Below, piece after piece: positions 17,734 through 29,700 of a stretch of DNA of 64,000 bases. Within the stretch, counting starts at the first letter, position 1. Each line of letters opens with the position of its first letter. The notes under the pieces are model-generated. The model did not search any database. It was not told where the DNA came from and worked only from the letters and a program-made list of their open reading frames with translations. This stretch comes from Magnetococcales bacterium (GTDB lineage: Bacteria; Pseudomonadota; Magnetococcia; Magnetococcales; JADFWU01), in contig JADFWU010000016.1 in NCBI GenBank assembly GCA_015234045.1, forward strand, positions 239 to 64,238, in the 5' to 3' direction. A program made the position numbers and the translations under genes.

Positions 17734-19565
17734 AAAGGCCAGAATAGAGGAATCAATAAAGTAGCCACCCCCCAATGAAGCAGATTGAGAGGAACACCTA
17801 CTTTAATGAAATCTTTAAAATCATACCCTCCAGAGCTGTAAACCAATAGGTTGGTCTTATACCCAAAAGGCGTGGAAAATGCGGCGTTCGCGCCAAAAAT
17901 GACGGCAATCAAAAACGGCAAACTGCTCACATCCATGGTATGTGCAATACTGATCCCCACCGGCGCAAACAGGATGGCTGTGGCATTGTTGGAGATGATG
18001 TTGGTGAACGTGGTCACCAACAATCCAAACAGCGCCAAAGCCAGAAGAGGACGTGTGGGATCGACGATACCCAAAAATCCTTGAGCCAGTAGCTGATCAG
18101 CTTGGCTCGCTTGCATGGCATCGCCCAGCGCAAGAGAAGCCGCGATAAGAAGGACCACCTTGGCCGGAACAGCACCATATCCCTGAGACGCGGTAATACA
18201 CCCGGTAGCAATGGTTAAAAATGCACCAACAATAGCCAAGATTGGCATGACGCTACTCTTAAAAGCCGCAATAGCTATGATTGACCCAAGAATGGTCAAT
18301 GCAAGTTTGGACTTTCGGGGATTGGTAACCCCTTTGCTCGCCTGCATATAGAGATGGTAATTGCTACTGCTTGTCAGGCGCTGGAGATTCTCTTTCTCTC
18401 CTTCAACGACAAGCAATGTACCCGCGCGCAACGGTTGCTCAAAAAGTCGCCCTGAAAAATCTTGAGAACGCCGATGAATGGCCGTCACAAAAACCCCGTT
18501 GAGTTGCTGAAAACGGGTATTGGACAACGCTCTGCCGATATAACGGGAATCGGGCGTGATAACAAGCTCTGCTGTGGACCAAATGCCCCTCTCATCCGCA
18601 CTTGGGGATCGTCGTCCAGGCACTTTTGGAATTAATGACAGCCCTACTTTCCTTTCAGCTTCTTTAAGCTTTTTCAAAGTGCCCATCATCATGAGGACAT
18701 CGCCTGTCTCTGAGATGGTTTGCCGTTTTTTTTCCGATGCCACCTCCTGCCCATCACGAATCAGACGGTGCAACTTTAACCCTTTCAGACTCTCTTCCAG
18801 TGTTTCTCCGTAAGGACGACCAACCAAAGAAGCATTTTCACTTACCTCAAGTTCCGCTGTAAACAGACGGGGCTTAAAGAGGCTCTTACCATCAGAATCT
18901 GATTGATCTGGTAGAAGTTTTGCTACCGCAAACGGAAGATAAAGAAAACCCATCACCATGAGTAGCAGTGCAACAGGTGTCAGGGTAAACATGCCGATCC
19001 CCTCAACACCCGCTCTATTGGCAAAATCTGCCACAAGGATGTTGGTGGAACTGCCAATCAGCGTGCATGACCCTCCCAAACTGGCGATAAAGGCAATAGG
19101 CATCAACATCCGCTTGGGTGGCGCGTCCATCTCCTCAGAAAGAGCGAGCAGAATCGGAATAAAAATGACAACGACTGGCGTGTTATTGACAAATGCACTC
19201 AAAAGCCCTGAGAGCGCCATAGCCAAAAACAACCCTTTAACCCAAGAACCCTGTGCAATTTGTCCGATCCATTGCGCCACTGGTTCCAAAGCACCCGTGC
19301 GAGACACGCCTTCCCCTACGATAAGCAATGCCACCACCGTGGCCAGTGCAGAATTCGCAAACCCCTTGAGAAGCGTTAACGGATTAAAGAAAGCGCCCTG
19401 CGAATTTGGAAGCGGCATGGGATAGAGGGTAAAAATCGCCAGCAAAAGCGCCAGAAGTCCGAATGAAATCAAATCAACCGAAATGCGCCCCATGGCAAAC
19501 ATGATCACCGCCAGGACCAACACGGAGAGAATAAGCCATGAATGGGGAAGTGTGGACAAGATCAT
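17730..19565 (-). CDS. SLC13/CitMHS-type permease with two TrkA-C domains
   Basis: SAFVNNTPVV, GGSCTLIGSSTN, TNIISNNATA, TPFGYKTNL..G.Y.F.DF.KVG. Confidence 0.9.
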   Translation of the reverse strand: MILSTLPHSWLILSVLVLAVIMFAMGRISVDLISFGLLALLLAIFTLYPMPLPNSQGAFFNPLTLLKGFANSALATVVALLIVGEGVSRTGALEPVAQWIGQIAQGSWVKGLFLAMALSGLLSAFVNNTPVVVIFIPILLALSEEMDAPPKRMLMPIAFIASLGGSCTLIGSSTNILVADFANRAGVEGIGMFTLTPVALLLMVMGFLYLPFAVAKLLPDQSDSDGKSLFKPRLFTAELEVSENASLVGRPYGETLEESLKGLKLHRLIRDGQEVASEKKRQTISETGDVLMMMGTLKKLKEAERKVGLSLIPKVPGRRSPSADERGIWSTAELVITPDSRYIGRALSNTRFQQLNGVFVTAIHRRSQDFSGRLFEQPLRAGTLLVVEGEKENLQRLTSSSNYHLYMQASKGVTNPRKSKLALTILGSIIAIAAFKSSVMPILAIVGAFLTIATGCITASQGYGAVPAKVVLLIAASLALGDAMQASQADQLLAQGFLGIVDPTRPLLALALFGLLVTTFTNIISNNATAILFAPVGISIAHTMDVSSLPFLIAVIFGANAAFSTPFGYKTNLLVYSSGGYDFKDFIKVGVPLNLLHWGVATLLIPLFWPF

Positions 19566-19753
19566 GATCTAAACCGCAGCACCTATCTCAGCATTGCAAT
19601 AGGCAGGCGGCCTCCTGTATGGCTGGTGGTCTATGGTTCATGATTCACCCTTGGCACCATGGAATGAATAGATTATTTCCCTCGATAGTCCATTCACTCC
19701 AAGGCCCTAATTCAACAGGGTATCGTCAATCCAAAACAATCGCCACACCTAAA

Positions 19754-22700
19754 TCAATTCCGGCTGATTGAATAGATCAGAACCGGCTCAATTGGATAGT
19801 TGGCCATAGGTGCTGCATTTGAGTCTTCCCCTGTTGTCTCAACCGCAGCAATCGTATCTACCACATCCAAGCCGTCCGTTACCTGACCAAAAACCGCATA
19901 ACCAGGCGTAACACCCAGTTGATAGTCCAAGAACAGATTATCTTTATGATTGATGAAAAATTGTGATGTTGCGGTATCCGCACCTGATTGACGCGCCATG
20001 GCAATGGTTCCGCGCAGGTTTGACAGCCCATTGGTCGCTGCTTCGTTCACAATAGACGCATTGGGCGTTTTATAAAACGGAACCAAATCACCGCCAGAGT
20101 ATTTAAGCTCGAACCCGCCGCCCTGTATCATGAAGTCCTGGATAACTCTGTGGAATATCATATAGCTATAATATCCACTATCTACATATTCCAAAAAGTT
20201 GGCTACAGTGATTGGCGATTTATCAGGGTAGAGTTCCAAAGTGATTGCACCCAGGCTGGTTGCAATCGTCACATCAACAGGCTCAACCGTAACCCCCAAT
20301 GAAAGAGGCACACCATTCGCCGACACATTGGCCTCGCTGACCTCCAGCACACTATAGTCACCGTCTGAATCCACATCCACACGATAGCTGGCCGCACTAT
20401 TCAATCCTGTCACGGCAAAGGCACCGTTTGAGTCCGCCACCACCGCATCAACAAAATCACCCACACTATCATGAATCAACACCAACGCACCCGCACCGTT
20501 CTCAATGGTGCCAACAATGCTACCCGCGCCAGACTCCAGCTCCAACAGCAAGCCGGTTTGATCCCCTGAAGCCAGTGACAATCCTTGTAACCCTGCAACA
20601 TCACGCCCCTTTCTGGCTTCCAGGTTATACGTCCCACTGGCGGACAGACCGGTTATTTCAAAAGAGCCATCCTGTGCTGTTACGGCACTACCCGCGATTT
20701 TCAGTGTGTCATCCCATGCCTGGACGGTTACACCCGGTGTGACAACACTATTGGTCCACACATCACCGGCAATTATCCGACCAGCACTCATGGCGATGGA
20801 CAGGTTGGCAATATTGGAAAGAATCGTCACCCGACCTGCGTTTTCATGAGACACCTGCCAGCTGGAACCACTGTAGTACAAATCCACCAGATCTGGCGCA
20901 GAAACTGAGAGAGAGTATGATCCTGACGGCACACCGGTTATTTGAAAATCACCATTGCCACTGCGTTTGGTCTGAGCATAACTGCCACTGTCGGAAATCG
21001 CTGTGATGGTGACCACCTGATCAGCCAAGGCATCGGGAATACCAGTCAAACTCCCGGAAATGGTCAGACTCTGACTGGTTGTCAGATTCATATCCAAACC
21101 GTTGAGCGTCTCTCCCTCATCCAATGAAAGCCGTGTTGCAGTAACCGGTGTACGCACCACACCTGCTTGACTGAAATAATAGCGCCCGGATTTTGTCTCA
21201 ACAGCTAAAATGAGATCATCAGCAGGCAGAATACCGCGCAAAGTGAAGTCATCCGAACCATATCCCGAACCATATATTGTATCGGTTATCTGCTGATCAT
21301 TGGTGCTGCTCCATGCTTCAATCTGAGCCTGTTCATTACTGGTCAGGCCATAAATAACACCGTCAAGACGACCACCCTCAAGCAAACTGAAATTGATATT
21401 GCTGCGACTACCACCGGTGAGATCCACCAGCTGCGGTGCCACTCCACGTTCTGGCACCTCAACGGAGACACGATAATCCTCTACGCTATGCAATCCTGAG
21501 AACACATAGCCACCCTCATTTTCAATAGGCACGGAAACAAAGTGATTCTGCACGTTCGACCAGGCGTTAACGCGACCGGTAACAGCGTCTGGCAAGTTAC
21601 TGACAGTGCCGCTCACTGAACGCCCACTACTCAGGAAAACATCAACATCACTTTGTGATTCCGACTCCAGATTGAAGCGCATCGCATCAATAAAGGTCGT
21701 CAACCCGCTCGCACTATAGTATCCACCAGGCTGATAATCGCTTTCGACAAACAACCGGTAATCTGAAGCGGGAGGCAGGCCTTTGATGGCAAAGCTACCG
21801 CTGGAATTCAGCATCACACGACCACCTCGACTCAACCGAGAGGACCACGCTTCCACAACAACCGGTCCTTGACTGACACCCGAAACGGTACCGGAAATGG
21901 ACATACCATCAGACAACGCCACATGCACATCTCTGGACGTGGTCAGATCAATCTGTGCTGCCCGTTGCTCACCCGCTGGAGACAACCCGTCACCTGCATA
22001 GAATCCACCAACCTGATCTCCGTTTTGCGGCGTGATCATCACCTGATAGTCATCCGCTGAGATCAAACCAGTCAGCATTGCGCTAACCGAAGTGTTGAGC
22101 GCGGTCACCGTAGTCCAAACAAAACTGCCAGAGTGGTCCGAATAGGCCATGACATCGAACATATCACCCGGCTGTGTACCAGTCAGATTGACCGTTAACG
22201 AGATCCCCTCTTCCACTTGGATATTGATACCGCTGATATCATGCTCTGACAGATCCAACAGTGTGGCCTGATCCCACGCTCTCAAAGGTGTGGGTAAGCC
22301 ATCGACCACACCCTGCCAATAGCCATCTGCATAACGTTCGGCAGTGACAAAAAGACGGTAGTCGCTGGCCGGTTGCATATTCTCGATAGTAAACGGTGCG
22401 AACGCACTTTCCGCCGTCAGGGTGAGGGTACGCGCAATGGATTTACTCTCTGACAACGCAGAGATAATCAGCTGATCTCCCGTACTCAACCCACTGACCA
22501 TGCCAGAAATCGCATAACGCGCTTCCGCCACGTCCACGGTAAAGCTTTGTTGCAGGGTATTGCCATCCGACCCGGTCACTGTGAGCGTTACAGTCTGCGA
22601 ACCGGGTTGCTTAAACGTATATATGACCTGTGAACCACTGCGGGTATTGCCATCTTCAAAGAGCCAAAGATAATCGGTCACTTCACCGCCTGCTTGCAGG

Positions 22701-25700
22701 GCATTGGCTTGGAAGATCTGAGCCTTAGACGCACGTGCCTCGGTTGGCAATACCATATCTTTGATGACAATTGTGCCTGGAGGACCAATATCACCATCAT
22801 CTCTTTCCAGGGCATACAACTTGGTAAGTGTTGCACCGGAACTCATGGTAAACGTATCGGAAACATCCAGATATCCACTGACATCAGTGGTCAGTGTTCG
22901 GCTACCACTTGCCAAGGCCAGTGAAAAGCGACCACTGGTATCGGTTTGGATGGTCTCACCCCCAACAGTGACCGTGACATCCGCCATACGGTGCAGATCA
23001 AGGCTGTTAAACAGCACGCCATTGACTACACCCTCTCCAACACCCACCACGATATCGTCTTGCGCTGGACTGCCCAACGCAAAGAGTCGCATATCACTAT
23101 CACTGTTACCCGCCGCATCAATCGCACGCGCTTTAATGGTGTAGAAATCGGAAGGCAAAGATCCACCCCCCGTCACCACGGCGGATGAAAGGTTCAGCGA
23201 CCAACCATAAACACCATTGCTACCAGAGAGGGAATCCACATCAATCCAGGCGGATTCCTGTGTCCATTGATAGCGGCTACTACTGTCATGCCTGAGTTGA
23301 AATTGTCCGTTGGATATCTGCACGTGAACAGTTGGCATCGCGCCACCAACGTCAGACACCGCACCGGAAATCAAAGGAAAAGCACTGCTTGATGACAGTA
23401 TTTCCTGATCAACAGGCGTGGTAATGGAAACCACTGGATCAGTGTCATCCACTGTAAACACAGCACTTTTGACACCCTGACTATACCCGCCGCCATCAAT
23501 GGCGAAATAACGCAACGTGGTCGTTTGAGAGAGCACAAACGGCGCACTGTATTTGGGACTGGATGTGGTAGGTGACGTACCATTTGTGGTGTAGTGAATA
23601 GCCGTACACCCCAAAGCAGAAGCGTATTCACAGTCAAAGGAGACAGTAACAGGCTCTGCAAAGACACCCGGCGTTGGTGAAATAACTGCCGCCGGACCAG
23701 ACAGTGAGAGCACTGTAATGGAAAAAGGATCAAGAATGGCTGTTGCCGTACCATCGGAAACCGTGATGGTCACATCATAAGTGGTTCCGGCTGTCTGAGG
23801 TGTACCGGTAATTTTTCCGGTACTGGTATTGAATGATGCCCAAGCTGGCAGGTTTTCGACTGTAAATGTCAGGCCCTGTCCATCCACATCCAGCACATCC
23901 GGCTGAAAACTGTAGTCTCGACTCGCCTTGATTGTCGTAACCGGCGAACCGCTGATTATCGGTACATCGTTAACAGGCTCTATGATAATTTCATAGCTGT
24001 GATTTTCAGCATCCGACGTGTTGGCTTTGTAGGTAATGGTATCCACGCCATTGGCATTGGCGAACGGCGTATAAGTAAACGCGCCCGTACTGGTATTGAG
24101 GTCTGAGATAATCCCTTTTTCCGGCTGTCCTGTAATGGCATAGGCATACGGCTTGGTGGCACCATCCGGTGGTGGCAATACGCCGCTTCCGCCGTTATCT
24201 TCGATCAAATAAAGCTGTGTGTCATTCTGAACCAGATCCAGATCCTGTCCACCTGAAGTGGTTGTAATTACGATGGGACGATAGTGATCCCCGGAAATAC
24301 CGAGACCAAGTTGGCTGACATCATTGCGGCCCCATCCCAGTACATGGCCATCACTACGCAGTACCAGGGTATGATCCCAGGCATCCAGAATGATACCGCT
24401 GATCAAACCGGGAATCTGAGCAGGAAAAAACGTGGAATCCTGGTTGTCCGTACCCAGTTGACCATATCGATTATCACCCCAACCATAGCCCGTACCATCG
24501 GTCAGTAAAGCCACAGAGTGGTTGCGTCCACCAGCCATGACATGGACATCGTACAGACCCGGCACCAAGGTTGGTGCGGTCCGGTCCATATAATCTCCCA
24601 GTCCCAACTGGCCATAGTGATTGGCACCCCATGCGCGAATGCGCGCGCTGTCGGTCTTCACCATCGTATGGCGCTCACCCGCTGCAATGGCGGTAATGTT
24701 ACCCAGACTTGGCACCGCTGTTGGTTGGTCGGCGATTACCGTATGCCCTAACCCCAACTCACCCCGACTGTTCTCGCCCCAACTGTACACCACACCATCG
24801 GAAGTCAACGCCACACTGTGCAAACTGCCTGTAGCAATCTCCACAACCCTGGAAAGACCACTCACCTCCGCTGGCGTTGAGGTAGATATCCGGCTACTGT
24901 TACCCAACTGTCCGTTACCGTTATAACCCCAACTCCACACCACACCACTGGATTGCAGAACCATTACATGTCCGGCACCCGCTTCAATCTCTATCAGATC
25001 AGTGGGCAGTCCGGTAATCTTGACCGGTATACTCAGATCCTGTGTACCACTGGCGGTTAAATAACCAAAAGCGTCCCAACCCTGAATCCATACCGTGCCA
25101 TCTCTTTTCAAAATCGCCGAAAAGCCTTCATCCGGATCCAAACCACCGACACTGACTTGACTGACATTCTGAAATTGGGTGCTCTTTTCCGGTCTGCCAA
25201 TCTCATCAATACCGGTTACACCCGTCTGACTCTGTGCATTAAACCCCCACCCCCACAGATCACCGTCATCGGAAACCGCCAGACTGTGTGGACCGGCGGA
25301 AAGCGTGGCTGTGGTTGTCACCGGGATGCTACTGCCAGGCACCACGGCGGTAGTAAGCGAAAAAATCTCTTCGGTATCAATAGGATTAACTACTGGTGCA
25401 GGCTCACTGAGATTGGTGGTGGTCGTGTTACCCAACTGACCGGAATTGTTACCACCCCAGGAGTACAGTTCACCTTGATTTGTCTGCGCGATAAAATGGT
25501 AACCACCGGCACTGATTTTACTGATACCCGTCAACGTACTGATCTGGGCAGGCGTATTGGTTTTGGTCTTATGACCTAGCCCCAACTGACCATAGTTGTT
25601 CTGTCCCCAGCTCCAGAGAGTGCCATCCTGACGCAATACTACTGAAGAGCCCGTACTTGCCGAAATCGCCACCACTTGTGAAAGCGTTGATACGGTTATC

Positions 25701-26530
25701 GGTATAAATGTATCGGTATTGTTGCCAATACCAAGCTGTCCATTGTAGTTATCACCCCACACCCACAACGCACCACTGGATGTCATGGCCATGGCGTGGT
25801 TATTACCAGCACTGATTGCCACTACCGTATCGGGCAATCCGGCAATCTGCACAGGCGCTCTGATAATCGATGAAATACCCGGATCTTGACCAAGCTGTCC
25901 TTGATCATTCCTGCCCCACCCCCAAACCGTTCCATCCTGTTTGAGGGCAAGCATATAGTTTGAGCCTACTGAAATCGCCTGCACACCACTTAATGTAGAG
26001 ATTTTCGAAGGTGTCAATTTTTTGCTGACATCACTTCCCAAACCTAATTGACCATACTGATTATGACCCCATGACCAAACGTAGCCCGCGCTATCCAGAG
26101 CGGCACTGAAATAGTCACCCGCATCAATGGCGGCAATATCTGACAAACTCCACAACCGGGTTGGTTGATAAATATTTTCATCACTCCCGAGACCCAGCTG
26201 GCCAATACCATTATTACCCCACACCCACACGGAGCCATCTTCTTTCAACAACAGACTATGGAGCAACCCCGCTGCACTGGCCTTTGCCTGTGAAACATTG
26301 GGCACTTGGGTGGGAATGGAAATGGGCGTGTCCGAGGTCGTATTATTACCAAACTGACCGTCTGAATTACGCCCCCACACCCAGAGCGTGCCGTCGGCAT
26401 GGACACCCAGCGTATGGTTCACACCTGCGGATATATAAGGTTCCACCGCGTCAACAGATGGTGTCATCACCATCTGAATGAGTAGCGTAAGAACAAAGGC
26501 AAAGCCCATGATGGCGGCGTTGCGCTTCAT
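19754..26530 (-). CDS. Giant secreted protein: two RCC1 propellers, Ig-like/He_PIG/chitobiase-like/PKD/carboxypeptidase-regulatory-like domains, C-terminal cyclophilin
   Basis: Signal peptide; about 14 WG.N..GQLG RCC1 repeats; LPAWASFNTSTGKITGTP; IHYTTNGTSPTTSS; C-terminal FHRVIQDFMIQGGG...GTIAMAR...ATSQFFIN...YAVFGQV. Confidence 0.9.
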   Translation of the reverse strand: MKRNAAIMGFAFVLTLLIQMVMTPSVDAVEPYISAGVNHTLGVHADGTLWVWGRNSDGQFGNNTTSDTPISIPTQVPNVSQAKASAAGLLHSLLLKEDGSVWVWGNNGIGQLGLGSDENIYQPTRLWSLSDIAAIDAGDYFSAALDSAGYVWSWGHNQYGQLGLGSDVSKKLTPSKISTLSGVQAISVGSNYMLALKQDGTVWGWGRNDQGQLGQDPGISSIIRAPVQIAGLPDTVVAISAGNNHAMAMTSSGALWVWGDNYNGQLGIGNNTDTFIPITVSTLSQVVAISASTGSSVVLRQDGTLWSWGQNNYGQLGLGHKTKTNTPAQISTLTGISKISAGGYHFIAQTNQGELYSWGGNNSGQLGNTTTTNLSEPAPVVNPIDTEEIFSLTTAVVPGSSIPVTTTATLSAGPHSLAVSDDGDLWGWGFNAQSQTGVTGIDEIGRPEKSTQFQNVSQVSVGGLDPDEGFSAILKRDGTVWIQGWDAFGYLTASGTQDLSIPVKITGLPTDLIEIEAGAGHVMVLQSSGVVWSWGYNGNGQLGNSSRISTSTPAEVSGLSRVVEIATGSLHSVALTSDGVVYSWGENSRGELGLGHTVIADQPTAVPSLGNITAIAAGERHTMVKTDSARIRAWGANHYGQLGLGDYMDRTAPTLVPGLYDVHVMAGGRNHSVALLTDGTGYGWGDNRYGQLGTDNQDSTFFPAQIPGLISGIILDAWDHTLVLRSDGHVLGWGRNDVSQLGLGISGDHYRPIVITTTSGGQDLDLVQNDTQLYLIEDNGGSGVLPPPDGATKPYAYAITGQPEKGIISDLNTSTGAFTYTPFANANGVDTITYKANTSDAENHSYEIIIEPVNDVPIISGSPVTTIKASRDYSFQPDVLDVDGQGLTFTVENLPAWASFNTSTGKITGTPQTAGTTYDVTITVSDGTATAILDPFSITVLSLSGPAAVISPTPGVFAEPVTVSFDCEYASALGCTAIHYTTNGTSPTTSSPKYSAPFVLSQTTTLRYFAIDGGGYSQGVKSAVFTVDDTDPVVSITTPVDQEILSSSSAFPLISGAVSDVGGAMPTVHVQISNGQFQLRHDSSSRYQWTQESAWIDVDSLSGSNGVYGWSLNLSSAVVTGGGSLPSDFYTIKARAIDAAGNSDSDMRLFALGSPAQDDIVVGVGEGVVNGVLFNSLDLHRMADVTVTVGGETIQTDTSGRFSLALASGSRTLTTDVSGYLDVSDTFTMSSGATLTKLYALERDDGDIGPPGTIVIKDMVLPTEARASKAQIFQANALQAGGEVTDYLWLFEDGNTRSGSQVIYTFKQPGSQTVTLTVTGSDGNTLQQSFTVDVAEARYAISGMVSGLSTGDQLIISALSESKSIARTLTLTAESAFAPFTIENMQPASDYRLFVTAERYADGYWQGVVDGLPTPLRAWDQATLLDLSEHDISGINIQVEEGISLTVNLTGTQPGDMFDVMAYSDHSGSFVWTTVTALNTSVSAMLTGLISADDYQVMITPQNGDQVGGFYAGDGLSPAGEQRAAQIDLTTSRDVHVALSDGMSISGTVSGVSQGPVVVEAWSSRLSRGGRVMLNSSGSFAIKGLPPASDYRLFVESDYQPGGYYSASGLTTFIDAMRFNLESESQSDVDVFLSSGRSVSGTVSNLPDAVTGRVNAWSNVQNHFVSVPIENEGGYVFSGLHSVEDYRVSVEVPERGVAPQLVDLTGGSRSNINFSLLEGGRLDGVIYGLTSNEQAQIEAWSSTNDQQITDTIYGSGYGSDDFTLRGILPADDLILAVETKSGRYYFSQAGVVRTPVTATRLSLDEGETLNGLDMNLTTSQSLTISGSLTGIPDALADQVVTITAISDSGSYAQTKRSGNGDFQITGVPSGSYSLSVSAPDLVDLYYSGSSWQVSHENAGRVTILSNIANLSIAMSAGRIIAGDVWTNSVVTPGVTVQAWDDTLKIAGSAVTAQDGSFEITGLSASGTYNLEARKGRDVAGLQGLSLASGDQTGLLLELESGAGSIVGTIENGAGALVLIHDSVGDFVDAVVADSNGAFAVTGLNSAASYRVDVDSDGDYSVLEVSEANVSANGVPLSLGVTVEPVDVTIATSLGAITLELYPDKSPITVANFLEYVDSGYYSYMIFHRVIQDFMIQGGGFELKYSGGDLVPFYKTPNASIVNEAATNGLSNLRGTIAMARQSGADTATSQFFINHKDNLFLDYQLGVTPGYAVFGQVTDGLDVVDTIAAVETTGEDSNAAPMANYPIEPVLIYSISRN

Positions 26531-26795
26531 TGATGGATCTCCTTGAGGTCGTCTTGCCTGTTAATTCAAAGTCGCCATTCTGCAACAGTACAGAATGCAT
26601 CCTTATGTTAATTGCATTTTTTATACCATTGAGGCAAAAGAGGTGTAGACTCGTGCATACTGTTCGATGCGGATGAGGGTTGTGCAGGACACTATGAAAT
26701 CGACTATTCAGGATTAATGATCTGATTGATTCTTATTCAAATTTTCGACAAAACCGCTATATTAAACAGTTATCTAAACAAAGGAAGCGCACCCC

Positions 26796-29700
26796 TTACT
26801 GAGGACCAACGATGCCTTCCTTGTTATCTCCCCAGATACCAGACCAAACCTGCCCACCATGGATATAGTGAACACTGTCATTTAACAACAACGCCCGATC
26901 CTGTGCAAAGTACCAATAACCGCCGTCAGTATCACCATTGTCCCGACTCGAAATGGTGATCTGCCCAATGGGATCAATACGCTCTTGCAGAGAAGATGCG
27001 CCATCAGAGTAAATATCGAACAAGTGCAAACCGGTATCAGTCCAATCATACCAAGTCCAAGGTTGACCCAGATCGGCCCATGCATGGGTTGGCTCGGTAT
27101 CATGGCGTTTAACGGGAATGGCCAACCTTCCGGGCTTACCGTCCATAGGCGGCAACCAAGCCATGGCATGATGATCACTGAGGATGCCGGAATCCGTACC
27201 ACGTTGACCAATCACATGGGATTCAAGTTCTGATGGATTATCAGGGTCCGCGACATCAAACAGAGTCAGTTTGAGTCCCTGATACCACGCGCCACGCCCA
27301 CCCATATCTGACGCGTCTGTATCCGCCACAGCTGTTTTTCCTATACCCAACAACAGGGTTTCACCAATGGGATGCAGATAGTCGGAATACCCTTCAATAT
27401 GCAGCGCACCACGTTGAACCGGGTTGAACGGATCGGCCAGATCAAACACATATAGAGGATCGGTCACCTTAAAGGTCACCAGATAAGCCCGTGAGCCGAC
27501 ATAGCGTACCGAGTACAAACGTTCACCCAACGCGCCAATACCATCAACATGAGCGGTCTCTTCCAAGCTTGGCAGAACAGTGGACAGATCACTCGTTTTT
27601 TCCTGCAACAAGGTCAAGCGCGTGGTTGCGGTGTCGTTCCAAGTCTGTCCCAAAGAAGTTGCAATACGCAGGGTGTTGTCATACTCACTCATGCGAAACG
27701 GTTTTTTATCCTGCTCCCAGCCCAGAGTACCTCGAACAGTACCAGAACCCCGATAGAGCGGCCCCTCTTCCGTGAGTGAAAATTTATGTATGGCTGTCGT
27801 TTCCACCATTTCAACAGGTTCCATCAGGGCATCAAACCGCCCTATTGGTCGGATTCGCGGTGCTGCGTAATTCACACGGGTTGTGGCCAGATAGAGACTC
27901 TCGGTAGAAACATAGATCGTCTCGGTAGGCCCAACAACACAGTGCGCCAACCACTGATCAGGCTGTGCCAGGTCAATGGTCACCAGTGTGATCAGATCAG
28001 GCGTTATGGCCCGTTTTTCTGAAAAAGAGGGCACAAAGCAGTTTTCCGGCTCCACCAGATCACCGTGATCAATACCGTTGATTGAGATATCAGGCAACAA
28101 ATCAGAAACCGTTATCTGTTCTGTAAGAGTCTGATTATCCTGTTTTTCGGAATCCGTGACCGGATAGTAGTTGAAATCGCGTGGTGACGGTGTATAGCGG
28201 GTGACCAGGTAGAGTTTCTCACCGATGCGCCGACTGGAAATCAACTGACCATTGATCTTGATATGGGTGTTGCGTTCGATAGCCGTTGGGTCAGAGACAT
28301 CATAAAAACCGATTTCAGTATCACCGGAGCGCCAATACCAAGGACTCAACCACATTGCCCACATGTTACTGTTGCGACCGCCTACGGTAACAAGCATATC
28401 TGCCGCATCTTCGGGACGGTTGTTGGCCAGATAGAGTCCATCAACCTGCTCGTCCGATTCAAAGGCAATTTCATCCACCTCAGTAACGGATGCAGGATCA
28501 TCACGCACACGCAATACCCGCAGATGTTTTTTCGTATAATGGAAAGGTGCCACAAAACTGCTCACGGCAACATCCGATTCTACACTGTTATCGGTTATTG
28601 ATTGGTCTGAGATGAGATAAAGATAGTGACCATCGCTTTTGATCCGATCCGCCTCATCCACGCCAACCTCTTGGAGATTGGTACTGGAAACAGTGGCACC
28701 ACTACCGGCATCACTGCTGGCATCCGCCTCCATGGCAGTAGCCATATATAAACGATCATACATTTGGGGCGTGGCACTATCCAACAGCCCTTGAGTCAGG
28801 AAATCCTTGAGCGCCTCACCACTGGCCACCTGAGCCAGAGCAAAGCCCGGCCCACTCTGTCCTTGAGGTCTCATGGCAAGATGAATCATGCCAGGCTTTT
28901 GTTGGGTGTCAGTCGCTGTTGTTACAGGCAGCGTGATTCGATTCCAGGCTTTGTGTTCCATACCGGTTGTCAGATCGTCCCGCACTTCATACCAACCCGC
29001 ACCATCACGAGCGCTGAGACTCAGTACCAACTCATCCGATGGATCATCATCCATATTGGCGCACGCAGGCATGACAGCCCCAGAACGTTGGTTATAACCA
29101 CGCCATCCCAACCGCAACCAACCCCGTCTCAATCCAGTAGCACTTTTGGTATGAAGAGCATCAGCACTATCAAACACCCTCAACCAGCCACCACCACCCT
29201 GCCCCATGCCCAACAGCAACTCAGAAGCGCCGTCACCATCCAGATCACAGATAGCTGGCCAAATACCCTCATCATTTCTCTGATATTTTAAATGACCAGG
29301 ACGCTTCCAATCCAGATGTGCAAAAGATGCCTGAGCGTCATCAAACACCTCTACCCAACCTTTACCGCCTGGACCCGAGGCAATGACGATTTCGTCAGCA
29401 CTGTCCTGATCCAAATTACCTACCGCTGGTCTCACACCACCGCCGGAACGGTTATATTTTTTACCGGAATACCGTTTCCAACCATTTGTGTGGCTCGTAC
29501 CTGCGATTTTTTTATACCCATGCAGGGCATCATCCAGCAACAGAAACCAACCCCGACTACCATCACCCAAACCGATCACCAACTCATCCAGACCATCGTC
29601 ATCCAGATCACCACAGGCGGGCATGGTTTCGCCGTTGGCATCGTTATATTTTTTCCAGGGAATCCGCAACCAGCGCAGATGCGCATGACTGTGACTCTCA

